Shown here in pieces: positions 47,076 to 55,319 of a stretch of DNA of 64,000 nucleotides. This DNA is from Dehalococcoidia bacterium. Lineage in GTDB: Bacteria; Chloroflexota; Dehalococcoidia; Lucifugimonadales; UBA3495. The notes beneath the pieces are model-generated. The model made no database searches, was not told where the DNA came from, and saw only the letters and a list, made by a program, of their open reading frames with translations. The translations under genes and the position numbers were made by a program. The stretch spans positions 868 through 64,867 of the forward strand of contig JAKUQE010000014.1 in NCBI GenBank assembly GCA_022450395.1, in the 5' to 3' direction. Each line of letters opens with the position of its first letter. Positions within the stretch are counted from its first letter, which is position 1.

Positions 47076-48932
47076 ATGGTTCGTCACTCGTTCAAAAGCC
47101 GAAGGGCGCTCGTCCTAACCCCAGTGTTGTTAATCCTGTTCTTCGTCATCGCTTCCGGCGCCGCACCAGCCGAGCCCGTCGTGGTGGAAAAAGAGATCAT
47201 CGTAGAGAAGGAGGTCATCAAGGAAGTCCCCGTGATCAGAGAGGTGATCAAGGAAGTCCCCGTGATCAAAGAGGTGATTAAGGAGATCACCGTAGTCAAA
47301 GAGGTAATCAAGGAAGTAGTAGTCATCGCCACACCCGCTCCCAAGCCGGTGGTGGAGGTAGCTCCAAAGTACGGCGGGTTTATCAACATGCTTGACTACG
47401 CCGCCACGAGCTCGAGGCAGATCCATCGGAGTCAGCTATTAGACAGGACTTTCGCTCCCCTGTTTAACAAGCTGGTGGAGTTCAACCCAGAGACCAGCGA
47501 TGTAGGCGACATCCGTTGCGACCTTTGCACCAGTTGGGAATTGGCCAATGACGGCATGACCTACACCTTCCATCTGGTTGAAAACGCCAAGTGGTGGGAC
47601 GGGGAACCGGTGACCGCCGACGACGTGGTCTTCATGTTCGAGAGCATTGTGGCGCCAGACCAGTTCGAGATATTGAAAGACAGGCCCACGTCGGGCAACA
47701 TTCAGGTCGGGCTTTACTATGAAAGCGGCAACGCCCGGGCCGTGGATGACTACACCGTGGAAGTGGTCACCAAATTCCCCGCCGGCTCGTTCATTTCCTC
47801 CCTGGCCGTGGACGGCACCATGGTCCAAGCCAAGCACACCGTCATAGACCAGGGGATTATCCAAACTGGAAGTGACATGGGATCCCTAAATGGATCGGGA
47901 CCGTTCAAGTTTATTAAACACATCTAGGATGTCTCAGTAGAATACGAGAAAAACCCCGGCTATTTCAAAGAAGGCCGTCCCTACATCAACGGTATGAAGC
48001 ACTTCGTGATCATCGATTCGGGCCGCACCATCGCCGCCTTCAAGTCGGGGCAAGTATTGGCCAGCAACACGGGCATCACCAACATGTCCACCCGGGAAGC
48101 GGAGCGCCTGGACCAAGATATGGACAATCTGTCGGTGTTTTGGGGTGGCCCCACCGGCGCGCGGCACATCTATATGAACACCACCAAAGCACCCTTTGAC
48201 AACGCTGATGTGAGAAGGGCCGTACACCTGGCCCTATACCGTCAGCCCATCATTGAAACTATGAGCGCCGGTAGGGACTCGATAGGATACTTGAACCCGC
48301 CGGGTTTCTGGTACAGCCGGACCCAGGAAGAATACGACCAGTTGCCGGGATACCGGGAGCTCAACGGCAAGAAACATCCCGATGATATCGCCGAGGCCCG
48401 GCGGTTGCTTCAAGAGGCCGGGCTTCCCCCAAATCTCAAGGTGACCCTCTCCACCCGCAACTGCTGCGCCTACGGGGATATCTCGGTACTGGTCAAGCAG
48501 CAGCTCGAGGAGAACCTGGGCTGGGACATTGACCTCCAGACATGGGAGAGCGCCGCCGGATTCAAAGCATACTTTGCCGGAGACTTCCAATTCTTGATAC
48601 AAGGTTCCCGCCTAAGCAGCACCTCTCCCGACGTGGTCCATTCCAGTTGGGTAAAGGGAGCCGTGCCCCAGTGGGTGGGCGGGGGCCGAGGTAAATTCTT
48701 CGCCGTGGAAGGGGTTAAAGACCTGTTTGATAAGCAGTTGCACGAGCCCGACCCGGAAAAGCGCAAAGTCCTGCTAACTCAACTGGCAGACACCTTATAT
48801 GATGGTGGCTCAGCCACCGCCACCCTTTTCTGGAATACACGCCATTGGCCGGTTGCGAATCGGATCCAGAACTTCAACTTCACCCTTGAAGGCCGGACGT
48901 GGGAACACGTTTGGTGTGACCCGGCCTGTTAG
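47076..48932 (+). pseudogene. Family 5 ABC substrate-binding protein (peptide/nickel type) interrupted by an in-frame TAG at 47925-47927
   Basis: GGAGG precedes ATG 47076. TM anchor, then the repetitive KEVIKEVPVI linker, then the SBP_bac_5-like domain. GPFKFIKHI-TAG-DVSVEYEKNPGYFKEGRPYINGMKHFVI is all in one frame. Confidence 0.8.
47217..47326 (+). repeat. About 3.5 tandem copies of a 30-bp unit encoding (I/V)KEVPVI(R/K)EV
   Basis: ATCAAGGAAGTCCCCGTGATCAGAGAGGTG, ATCAAGGAAGTCCCCGTGATCAAAGAGGTG, ATTAAGGAGATCACCGTAGTCAAAGAGGTA, then ATCAAGGAAGTAGTAGTC... Confidence 0.8.
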
Positions 48933-49306
48933 CCGGGACCATGTTTCAGGTATAGATCAACTGTACCCCGTCTCCGCCGAACACTTCAGGGAATCGCTCT
49001 CGGACTTTCCAGGTCCGGGAGCGATTCATTTATACGGACAGCGTCAGGGCAGCGACCTCCATCTGTGGCCGGAGAGGAGGTGATCATTTGCCAGCTATCT
49101 CTCAGCGAAAGGCTGTATGTTGTTGCCAGGCTAGATGCCGCGGTAGTGGTCATGAATGAAGTGGACGTAGTCAGCGGGCCGGGGTTTCAGTGACCGAACG
49201 TATGCTATTCCCGCCCAGGTGCACCGGCGTTGACACTACTTTCCACCGGTGCTAGCCTTGATGGCATCTCAGGGACGTACCGCGAAGCACCAAAGGAGGG
49301 GCGATT

Positions 49307-50425
49307 ATGGACTTTGGATTGTTTAGTACTTGGAATGCTGTATACGCTGATGGCAAGGTTCCCTGGGACCCTGCTTATAATGGAGGGAAGCTTCTTGAGA
49401 AGGAAGCTTACGCCTGCAACTTCGAAGAGATTGACGCGATCGAGTCCGGGGGTTGGGACTACCTTTGGCTCGGGGGAGGTCATTTCTCCACGCAGGGGAG
49501 CATGGACCCCCAGTGTCTCATGCTGGCCGGCATCCTTGCCGAACGTACTAAAAATATCAGGATCGGCACGTCCATCCACCGGCCGTTGATGAAGCTACCC
49601 GGGGAGGCATTAAGGCCAACGGCACTGCCCCATGAACGATACGCGTTTGATAATCTGATGCTAGATGATCCGTTCCAGACGGCGGAACAAGTCTCCATCG
49701 TCGACCAGGTCAGCCAGGGCCGGTTCATTTACGGCGCGGGAGCACGCTCTCGCGGTTCTGACGAGCGCCGGGAGTACTTCTTTGAATTCCTGGAGGTTAT
49801 GAAGCAGCTCTGGACGGAGGAAACCTTCTCCGGGTTCGAGGGGAAGTACTACAACTACCCCGCATTCTACGAATCGTACATGGGCATCCCGAAGCCCTAC
49901 CAGAAGCCCTATCCTCCCATGCTGTTGCCCGTGGATAGCCAGGAGAGCTTCGTGCCCATGGGCGAGAAGGGCTATAAAATCGCTATTGGAGCAGGAAGCT
50001 CCCCTCACAACCTCCGAGGGTCCGCGGTTTTAAGGGAAGACGTGCAAAGCTACCGGAAGGCCTGGATAGACGCGGGGCACCCAGGAGACCCGACTACCGT
50101 GGTCCGCGTACCCACCCTGGTGGCCGACACGAAAGCGGAGGCCGACCGGCGGACTGAGGAGTTGATGAATCTCGCCAGGATATATTACGCCGGAAGGGTG
50201 GGCATCGGGAGCACAGACGCTGGCAGTGCCGGCCCCGATGCGACTGCGGAAGCAAACCTGTTTGGGACACCGGAAGAAGTGATCGACAAGATTCACGAGT
50301 TTCGGGAGGCCTTTAACTCAGACGAGATAATGTTCGAGTGCAACTGGACGTCATCGGTCCCTCGCGAAGTCGTGATGGATACGATTCGGTGCATCACCGA
50401 AAAGGTGATTCCCGCGTTCAAGTAA
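49307..50425 (+). CDS. LLM-class flavin-dependent oxidoreductase/monooxygenase
   Basis: MDFGLFS...GWDYLWLGGGHFS...IRIGTSIH... luciferase-like layout. AAAGGAGG upstream. Confidence 0.85.
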   Translation: MDFGLFSTWNAVYADGKVPWDPAYNGGKLLEKEAYACNFEEIDAIESGGWDYLWLGGGHFSTQGSMDPQCLMLAGILAERTKNIRIGTSIHRPLMKLPGEALRPTALPHERYAFDNLMLDDPFQTAEQVSIVDQVSQGRFIYGAGARSRGSDERREYFFEFLEVMKQLWTEETFSGFEGKYYNYPAFYESYMGIPKPYQKPYPPMLLPVDSQESFVPMGEKGYKIAIGAGSSPHNLRGSAVLREDVQSYRKAWIDAGHPGDPTTVVRVPTLVADTKAEADRRTEELMNLARIYYAGRVGIGSTDAGSAGPDATAEANLFGTPEEVIDKIHEFREAFNSDEIMFECNWTSSVPREVVMDTIRCITEKVIPAFK

Positions 50426-50464
50426 CGCAGGCAGTAACCTAAAACATAGCAAGAGGGTAACAAC

Positions 50465-50815
50465 ATGCAGGTCGTCCGCGTATATACCGGCTCCGACGGC
50501 GAGTCTCACCTGGAGGAGTTGGACCTGGGCTATGAGGCCATCGCCGAGGCCGAGCGCACGGCGATGAAGACCGCCTCGGGGATCCAGTTCCGGCGGGACC
50601 CTCCGGGCCGATTCCAGGACTTCCACGTAGCTCCCCGCCGCCAATTCGTGATTACGTTGGAAGGGCAGGCGGAGATCGGCCTGGGTGACGGCACCAAGCG
50701 GATCTTCAACCCCGGGGACGTTCTGCTGGCCGACGACCTCACCGGCAAAGGCCACACCACCGGAGTTTATGGAAACGTTTCTCGGGTATCGATCGCCATT
50801 CCCCTGGTAGATTAG
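50465..50815 (+). CDS. Small cupin-like protein
   Basis: 116 aa with a beta-rich pattern (FHVAPRRQFVITLEGQAEIGLGDG...GDVLLADD..GKGHTT) consistent with a cupin barrel. Weak call. Confidence 0.5.
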   Translation: MQVVRVYTGSDGESHLEELDLGYEAIAEAERTAMKTASGIQFRRDPPGRFQDFHVAPRRQFVITLEGQAEIGLGDGTKRIFNPGDVLLADDLTGKGHTTGVYGNVSRVSIAIPLVD

Positions 50816-50892
50816 CTGACCGGGCACTATCCTATCGGAACGATCTAACCTATAATTCCCGGCAAGTTCAATAAGGAATAGGAGGAAGGTCC

Positions 50893-51348
50893 ATGTTCAA
50901 GACAACCGGAATCGACCACGTAGCGGTAAATACCAACGACATGGAAGCAACACTCCAGTTTTATTGCGGCATTCTCGGGATGAGATTGGCCCGGACCTCC
51001 CGCACCCCGGACGGACGCCGGCACTACAACGTAGAGATAGGCGGCGGCAACGCATTCGCGTTCTTCGACGGCGCCGAGAAGCCAGATGAGGCCACCCCCC
51101 AATACTTGAACCACTTTGCCCTGCCCGTGGCCACCGAGGCTGAGTTCGACGAAGCATACCAGCGGCTGAAGGACCACGGGGTAGAGGTAACGAAAATCAT
51201 CGAGCGAGAGTACGGCAAGACTTACTATTTCCACGACCCCAGCGGCATCCGGCTTCAGATCGAGTACCAATCGGCCGGTTGGAACGATGACTTAACGGGA
51301 GACCCGGACCCGGTGCCCATGGTCGCGAAACTCTCGGGCCGAGGCTAA
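50893..51348 (+). CDS. VOC (glyoxalase/bleomycin resistance/dioxygenase) family protein
   Basis: GIDHVAVNTNDMEATLQFYCGILGMRL...NHFALPV...YYFHDPSGIRLQI. Confidence 0.8.
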   Translation: MFKTTGIDHVAVNTNDMEATLQFYCGILGMRLARTSRTPDGRRHYNVEIGGGNAFAFFDGAEKPDEATPQYLNHFALPVATEAEFDEAYQRLKDHGVEVTKIIEREYGKTYYFHDPSGIRLQIEYQSAGWNDDLTGDPDPVPMVAKLSGRG

Positions 51349-51552
51349 AATCCCCCCACCACCCTTTACAAAAAGTAATTATCCTTTGACATCAACGTGC
51401 CGCTTCCTCAACAGGAAATGGCAACCCAGCTTTGGCACCTAGCAGGGTCCATGCGGGTGTGTTGGATTTGCGGTGAGTCCGAGGCTGAATTGCACCCCGG
51501 ATTCCCTTCTCTGACATCGTAGATGGATACGGCTTGGGTATAATAACCCGCA

Positions 51553-52155
51553 ATGGCTGCCCAATTCAAAAGTGTGACTGCTTTACTAGCTGCTCTACTG
51601 GTAGTTACGACTGCGGGTTGTACCAGTGAGCCTACACCCGACATCGAAGCCACAGTGGAGGCTAGCGTTAAGTTGGAACTGGCGGCTCAGAAATCCAAAG
51701 ACGTAAAGCCCGATCCCGACTCCCGGCCCGAAGCCGACTTCCGCATCGGCTGGTATATTGAGTCCATAAAGAACTCGCCGACGAATGAGGACAAACATCG
51801 CCTAGCGATCAGCCTGATCATCGACGAGGCTAGAATTGACCCTGAACTTTTCTATTTTCCAAACTGGCCATCCTTAGACGAACCGTCTCAATCCTTCGAC
51901 CCTGCCAAGGCCGGGCAGCTTTTTACGGAACTTGGTGATTTCCGGCCATGGGGAAAGCGAGAGTTCGGACGTCTGTGTGTCGTTTCGTATAGCAAAAGCA
52001 ATTTACAGGATCGCCTTAGTGCGATCGGCGATGACATCGCGGCTTGGCTAGAAGCTGAAGCGGCTTTGGACGCTGTTCCGAATGGTTCATCGTGTACTGC
52101 TGGCCGCATAATTATTATTGCGCTAAGAGGGCGATACAGTTCCCCGCAAGAATAG
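51553..52155 (+). CDS. Hypothetical lipoprotein
   Basis: Signal peptide with lipobox VTTAGC. TATAAT at 51538-51543 lies only about 9 nt before the ATG, so the mRNA may be leaderless or have a very short leader. GC looks lower than in the neighbours. Confidence 0.6.
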   Translation: MAAQFKSVTALLAALLVVTTAGCTSEPTPDIEATVEASVKLELAAQKSKDVKPDPDSRPEADFRIGWYIESIKNSPTNEDKHRLAISLIIDEARIDPELFYFPNWPSLDEPSQSFDPAKAGQLFTELGDFRPWGKREFGRLCVVSYSKSNLQDRLSAIGDDIAAWLEAEAALDAVPNGSSCTAGRIIIIALRGRYSSPQE

Positions 52156-52160
52156 CGATG

Positions 52161-52193
52161 GGTAATTATCCCTTGAGGCCAGGGATAATTACC
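52161..52193. repeat. Perfect 13-bp inverted repeat with a 7-nt spacer, in an intergenic gap
   Basis: GGTAATTATCCCT-tgaggcc-AGGGATAATTACC. A related half-site, GTAATTATCCTTTGAC, is at 51375-51390. Confidence 0.7.
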
Positions 52194-52267
52194 TGTACAA
52201 AATGGGGGGCTTTTTCTACGGGAGCGACTTCAAGCAACCACGTCTTAAAATTTAGCAGGGGTGGAAG

Positions 52268-53074
52268 ATGCCAACGGCGAAGCTGGATGAAAGCCTGGAG
52301 ATGTATTACGAAGACGACGATTACACCGACCCTTGGCGCGATCCGGAAACTGTCGTCCTGCATCACGGCAACGCGAAAAGCTCCCGTTTGTGGTACGCCT
52401 GGGTGCCTCTGCTGGCCCGCCAGTACCGGGTCGTGCGGCTGGATGCCCGGGGCTTCGGCCGCTCCAGCCTCCCGCCGGAAGGGTACGAATGGTCGCTGAG
52501 CAATTTCAGCACCGATCTGCTACGCCTGCTGGACAAGCTGGGTCTGGAAAAGATTCACCTGATCGGCGAGACAGTGGGCGGGACCATCTCGCTTCAGTTC
52601 GCCCACGAACACCCGGACCGGCTGCACTCCCTCACCGTTTGCACTTCCCCCTACAGATTCGCCGGAGTGGCAACCTACCAGGATTACTACAGATTGGTGC
52701 AGGACGAAGGGGTCGCCGCTTGGGCCAAAAAGACCGGCGAACGCCGCATAGACCCCAGCACGGACCCCGCCCACCATCAGTGGTACATCGACCAGATGTC
52801 CCAGACTTCCCAGAGGGTAGTTTTGGAAACACTGGCCTACCTAGCGACTCAAGATCTGTCCGGCATCCTACCCAGCATCCAGACCCCCACGCTGATCCTG
52901 GTGGCCGAAAACAGCGCCGGCAACACGCCGGACCGCACCCAGGGCATGGCATCCCTTCTAACCAACAGCACTTTGGTGGAGATTCCCGGAACCAGCGGCT
53001 ACGTCCAACACTCCGCGCCAGACCAATGCGTAACCGCCTGGCGGGAGTTCATCGGAAAGCTAAGTCACAAGTAG
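52268..53074 (+). CDS. Alpha/beta-fold hydrolase with Thr at the nucleophile-elbow position
   Basis: VVLHHGNAKSSRLW...RLDARGFGRS...HLIGETVGGT (G-E-T-V-G-G at 52565-52582) ...VQHSAPD. Confidence 0.8.
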   Translation: MPTAKLDESLEMYYEDDDYTDPWRDPETVVLHHGNAKSSRLWYAWVPLLARQYRVVRLDARGFGRSSLPPEGYEWSLSNFSTDLLRLLDKLGLEKIHLIGETVGGTISLQFAHEHPDRLHSLTVCTSPYRFAGVATYQDYYRLVQDEGVAAWAKKTGERRIDPSTDPAHHQWYIDQMSQTSQRVVLETLAYLATQDLSGILPSIQTPTLILVAENSAGNTPDRTQGMASLLTNSTLVEIPGTSGYVQHSAPDQCVTAWREFIGKLSHK

Positions 53075-53079
53075 CTGTC

Positions 53080-53161
53080 GGCTATCAGCAGTCAGCCATC
53101 AGGGGTACCCCGCGTTCATCCGGAGGTGGTGCTGAAAGCTGAATGCTGACCGCTGATAGCT
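53080..53161. repeat. Palindromic REP-like intergenic element (copy A)
   Basis: Terminal arms GCTATCAGCAGTCAGC (53082-53097) and GCTGACCGCTGATAGC (53145-53160) are inverted repeats matching at 15 of 16 positions. The element fills the gap between two convergent stop codons. Confidence 0.6.
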
Positions 53162-53935
53162 TTAAAACAACGACTTTGACTGTCCGCCGTCCACGTTTAT
53201 ACAAGTGCCGGTGACCAGGTCGGCCCGGTCCGAGGACAGGAATGCCACCATCGCCCCGATTGGCTCCGGCCAGCCAAATTGGCCCGCGGGCAAATTACGG
53301 GTTATGAACTCGGCAACGACTTCAGGGGTGTTAGTCTTCTGGAACCGGTCCCAAGTACCACCGGGGAAGTCGATGGACCCCGGGGCGATACAGTTGACCC
53401 GCACGTTGGTGGGCGCCAGTTGCAGCGCCAGGTGTTTCGACAAAGCGATCAGCCCCGCCTTGGCCGTCATGTAATCGACGCTGCCGCCGTGCTCCCGGCC
53501 ATAGATCGACGAGATGTTCACGATGCGGCCCCAGTTCTGCTCTTTCATGTGAGGAAGCACCAGGCCGATCATCCGATAAGCGCTATACAGGTTGAGTTCC
53601 AACCCCTCCTTGAAAAGGTCCAGACTGGTTTCTTCAAAGATCGTCCCTTTGCGTCCTCCCACGTTGTTCACCAGGATGTCAGGCTGCCCCAGATGATCGA
53701 TGGTTTCCTGGTAAAAGCGGGCGGCATCGTCTTCGGACGTGACGTCGGCCGGGGTTCCGTGGACCTGATATCCCTGGCTGGATAATTCAGCGACCGTAGC
53801 ATCCAGTTGCTCCTGGCTCCGGGCGCAGATCGAAACCTTGCAACCTTCCCGCGCCAGCGATAGAGCCGCTTGTCTCCCCAGGCCCCTGCTTCCCCCGGTA
53901 ATCATCGCAACTCTACCCTCGATCCCCAGGTCCAT
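53162..53935 (-). CDS. SDR family oxidoreductase
   Basis: ITGGSRGLGR...LVNNVGG...NISSIYG...YMTAKAG...APGSIDF. GAGGAGG lies 5 nt upstream of ATG 53935, which I prefer over 53956. Confidence 0.88.
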   Translation of the reverse strand: MDLGIEGRVAMITGGSRGLGRQAALSLAREGCKVSICARSQEQLDATVAELSSQGYQVHGTPADVTSEDDAARFYQETIDHLGQPDILVNNVGGRKGTIFEETSLDLFKEGLELNLYSAYRMIGLVLPHMKEQNWGRIVNISSIYGREHGGSVDYMTAKAGLIALSKHLALQLAPTNVRVNCIAPGSIDFPGGTWDRFQKTNTPEVVAEFITRNLPAGQFGWPEPIGAMVAFLSSDRADLVTGTCINVDGGQSKSLF

Positions 53936-54078
53936 GGTTACCTCCTCTATGGCCATACCGATTTAGCTTCCCGATTATATCTTCCGAACTCTCTCGGCGC
54001 ACCTGGTCCAGGAGGATAATCCGGTTCCAGGCATCGGCTATAATTGACCGGCGCACGAGGCGGTCAGGGAGGCGATCG

Positions 54079-55287
54079 ATGTTGGCTCTGGAAGGCATTA
54101 AGGTCCTGGATTTTTGCCGCAACACTCCCGGCATGTTTTGCACCATGGTGCTGGGCGACTTGGGCGCTGACGTGCTCATGGTGGAGCGCCCACTGTCCGG
54201 CGACAGGGCAGAGTACGAGGAGGCCATCTTTGGCGTCAACGATCTAGAGGCCGAGCAACGCCGGGCCGCCTACAACGCCTTGCAGCGGAATAAGCGAAGC
54301 ATCGCGCTGAACTTAAAAGAACCTGAAGCCAAGGATGTGTTTTACCGGCTGGCCGAATCGGCGGACGTGGTGGTCGAGGGGTTCCGGCCGGGAGTGGTCG
54401 ACCGGTTGGGCGTAGGTTATCAAAAAGTGGCTGAGATTAACCCGCGGATCGTCTATTGCTCCATCTCCGGCTACGGTCAAGACGGTCCATACGCCGGGAT
54501 GGTGGGCCACGATATCAACTACATATCCTTGGCCGGGGCGCTGGGATTGATCGGCAATTCCGATGACGAAAAACCGGCCATACCCTTGAACCTGCTGGCC
54601 GACTACGCCGGCGGTGGCCTGTGCGGCGCCGTAGGCATTCTGGCCGCCCTCTTGGCGCGGCAGACTACCGGGCGAGGCCAGTACCTGGACATAGCGATGA
54701 CCGAGGGTGTTCTTTACATGCTGGCCGGTGTGATTTCCGATTATCTAGCTAGCGGAACTGTCCCTGGCCGGGGTACCACCAGGCTGAACGGCGGCGCGCC
54801 CTACTATAATGTGTACGAGACCAAGGACGGCAAGCACTTCACAATCGCGGCTATTGAACCTTGGTTCTGGCGCAACCTCTGCGCCGCCCTCGGGCGCGAA
54901 GACTTGGCCGATAGCCGCGCCGCCGAGGGCAAGCAGAAGCAAGAAATCACCCGATTCCTAGAACAGACCTTCCGAACCAAAACCCGTGACGAGTGGTTCG
55001 ACATCTTGAAAGACAAAGATATCTCCGTGGGCAAGGTGTACTCCATTGAAGAAGCCTTGGCCGACCCACAATTCGCCCACCGTGGCATGGTGATCGAGGT
55101 CGAGACCCCTTCAATAGCCGAGGGCAAAGTGAAGCAGGTGGGCATACCGTTCCGTCTATCGGAGACGCCGGGCAGCGTCCGCCACCCCGGTTCCGTTACC
55201 GGCCAGCATACCGGCGAGGTGCTGGCCGGTCTGGGCTATGCTCCGGCCGATATCGAAGAGCTGGTCCGCCGCGCGGTGGTGCAGTAG
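54079..55287 (+). CDS. Family III CoA-transferase (CaiB/BaiF; alpha-methylacyl-CoA racemase-like)
   Basis: LEGIKVLDFCRNTPGMFCTMVLGDLGADVLMVE...NRNKRSIALNLK...GHDINY. Confidence 0.9.
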   Translation: MLALEGIKVLDFCRNTPGMFCTMVLGDLGADVLMVERPLSGDRAEYEEAIFGVNDLEAEQRRAAYNALQRNKRSIALNLKEPEAKDVFYRLAESADVVVEGFRPGVVDRLGVGYQKVAEINPRIVYCSISGYGQDGPYAGMVGHDINYISLAGALGLIGNSDDEKPAIPLNLLADYAGGGLCGAVGILAALLARQTTGRGQYLDIAMTEGVLYMLAGVISDYLASGTVPGRGTTRLNGGAPYYNVYETKDGKHFTIAAIEPWFWRNLCAALGREDLADSRAAEGKQKQEITRFLEQTFRTKTRDEWFDILKDKDISVGKVYSIEEALADPQFAHRGMVIEVETPSIAEGKVKQVGIPFRLSETPGSVRHPGSVTGQHTGEVLAGLGYAPADIEELVRRAVVQ

Positions 55288-55319
55288 GCAGATGAAGCAC
55301 CCTCGAACTATCCGCTACC

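Noticed and set aside
52333-53142. 269-aa alternative-frame ORF overlapping the alpha/beta hydrolase gene
   Set aside because: The product is Arg/Pro/Gly-rich with no motifs. The other frame has the full hydrolase pattern.
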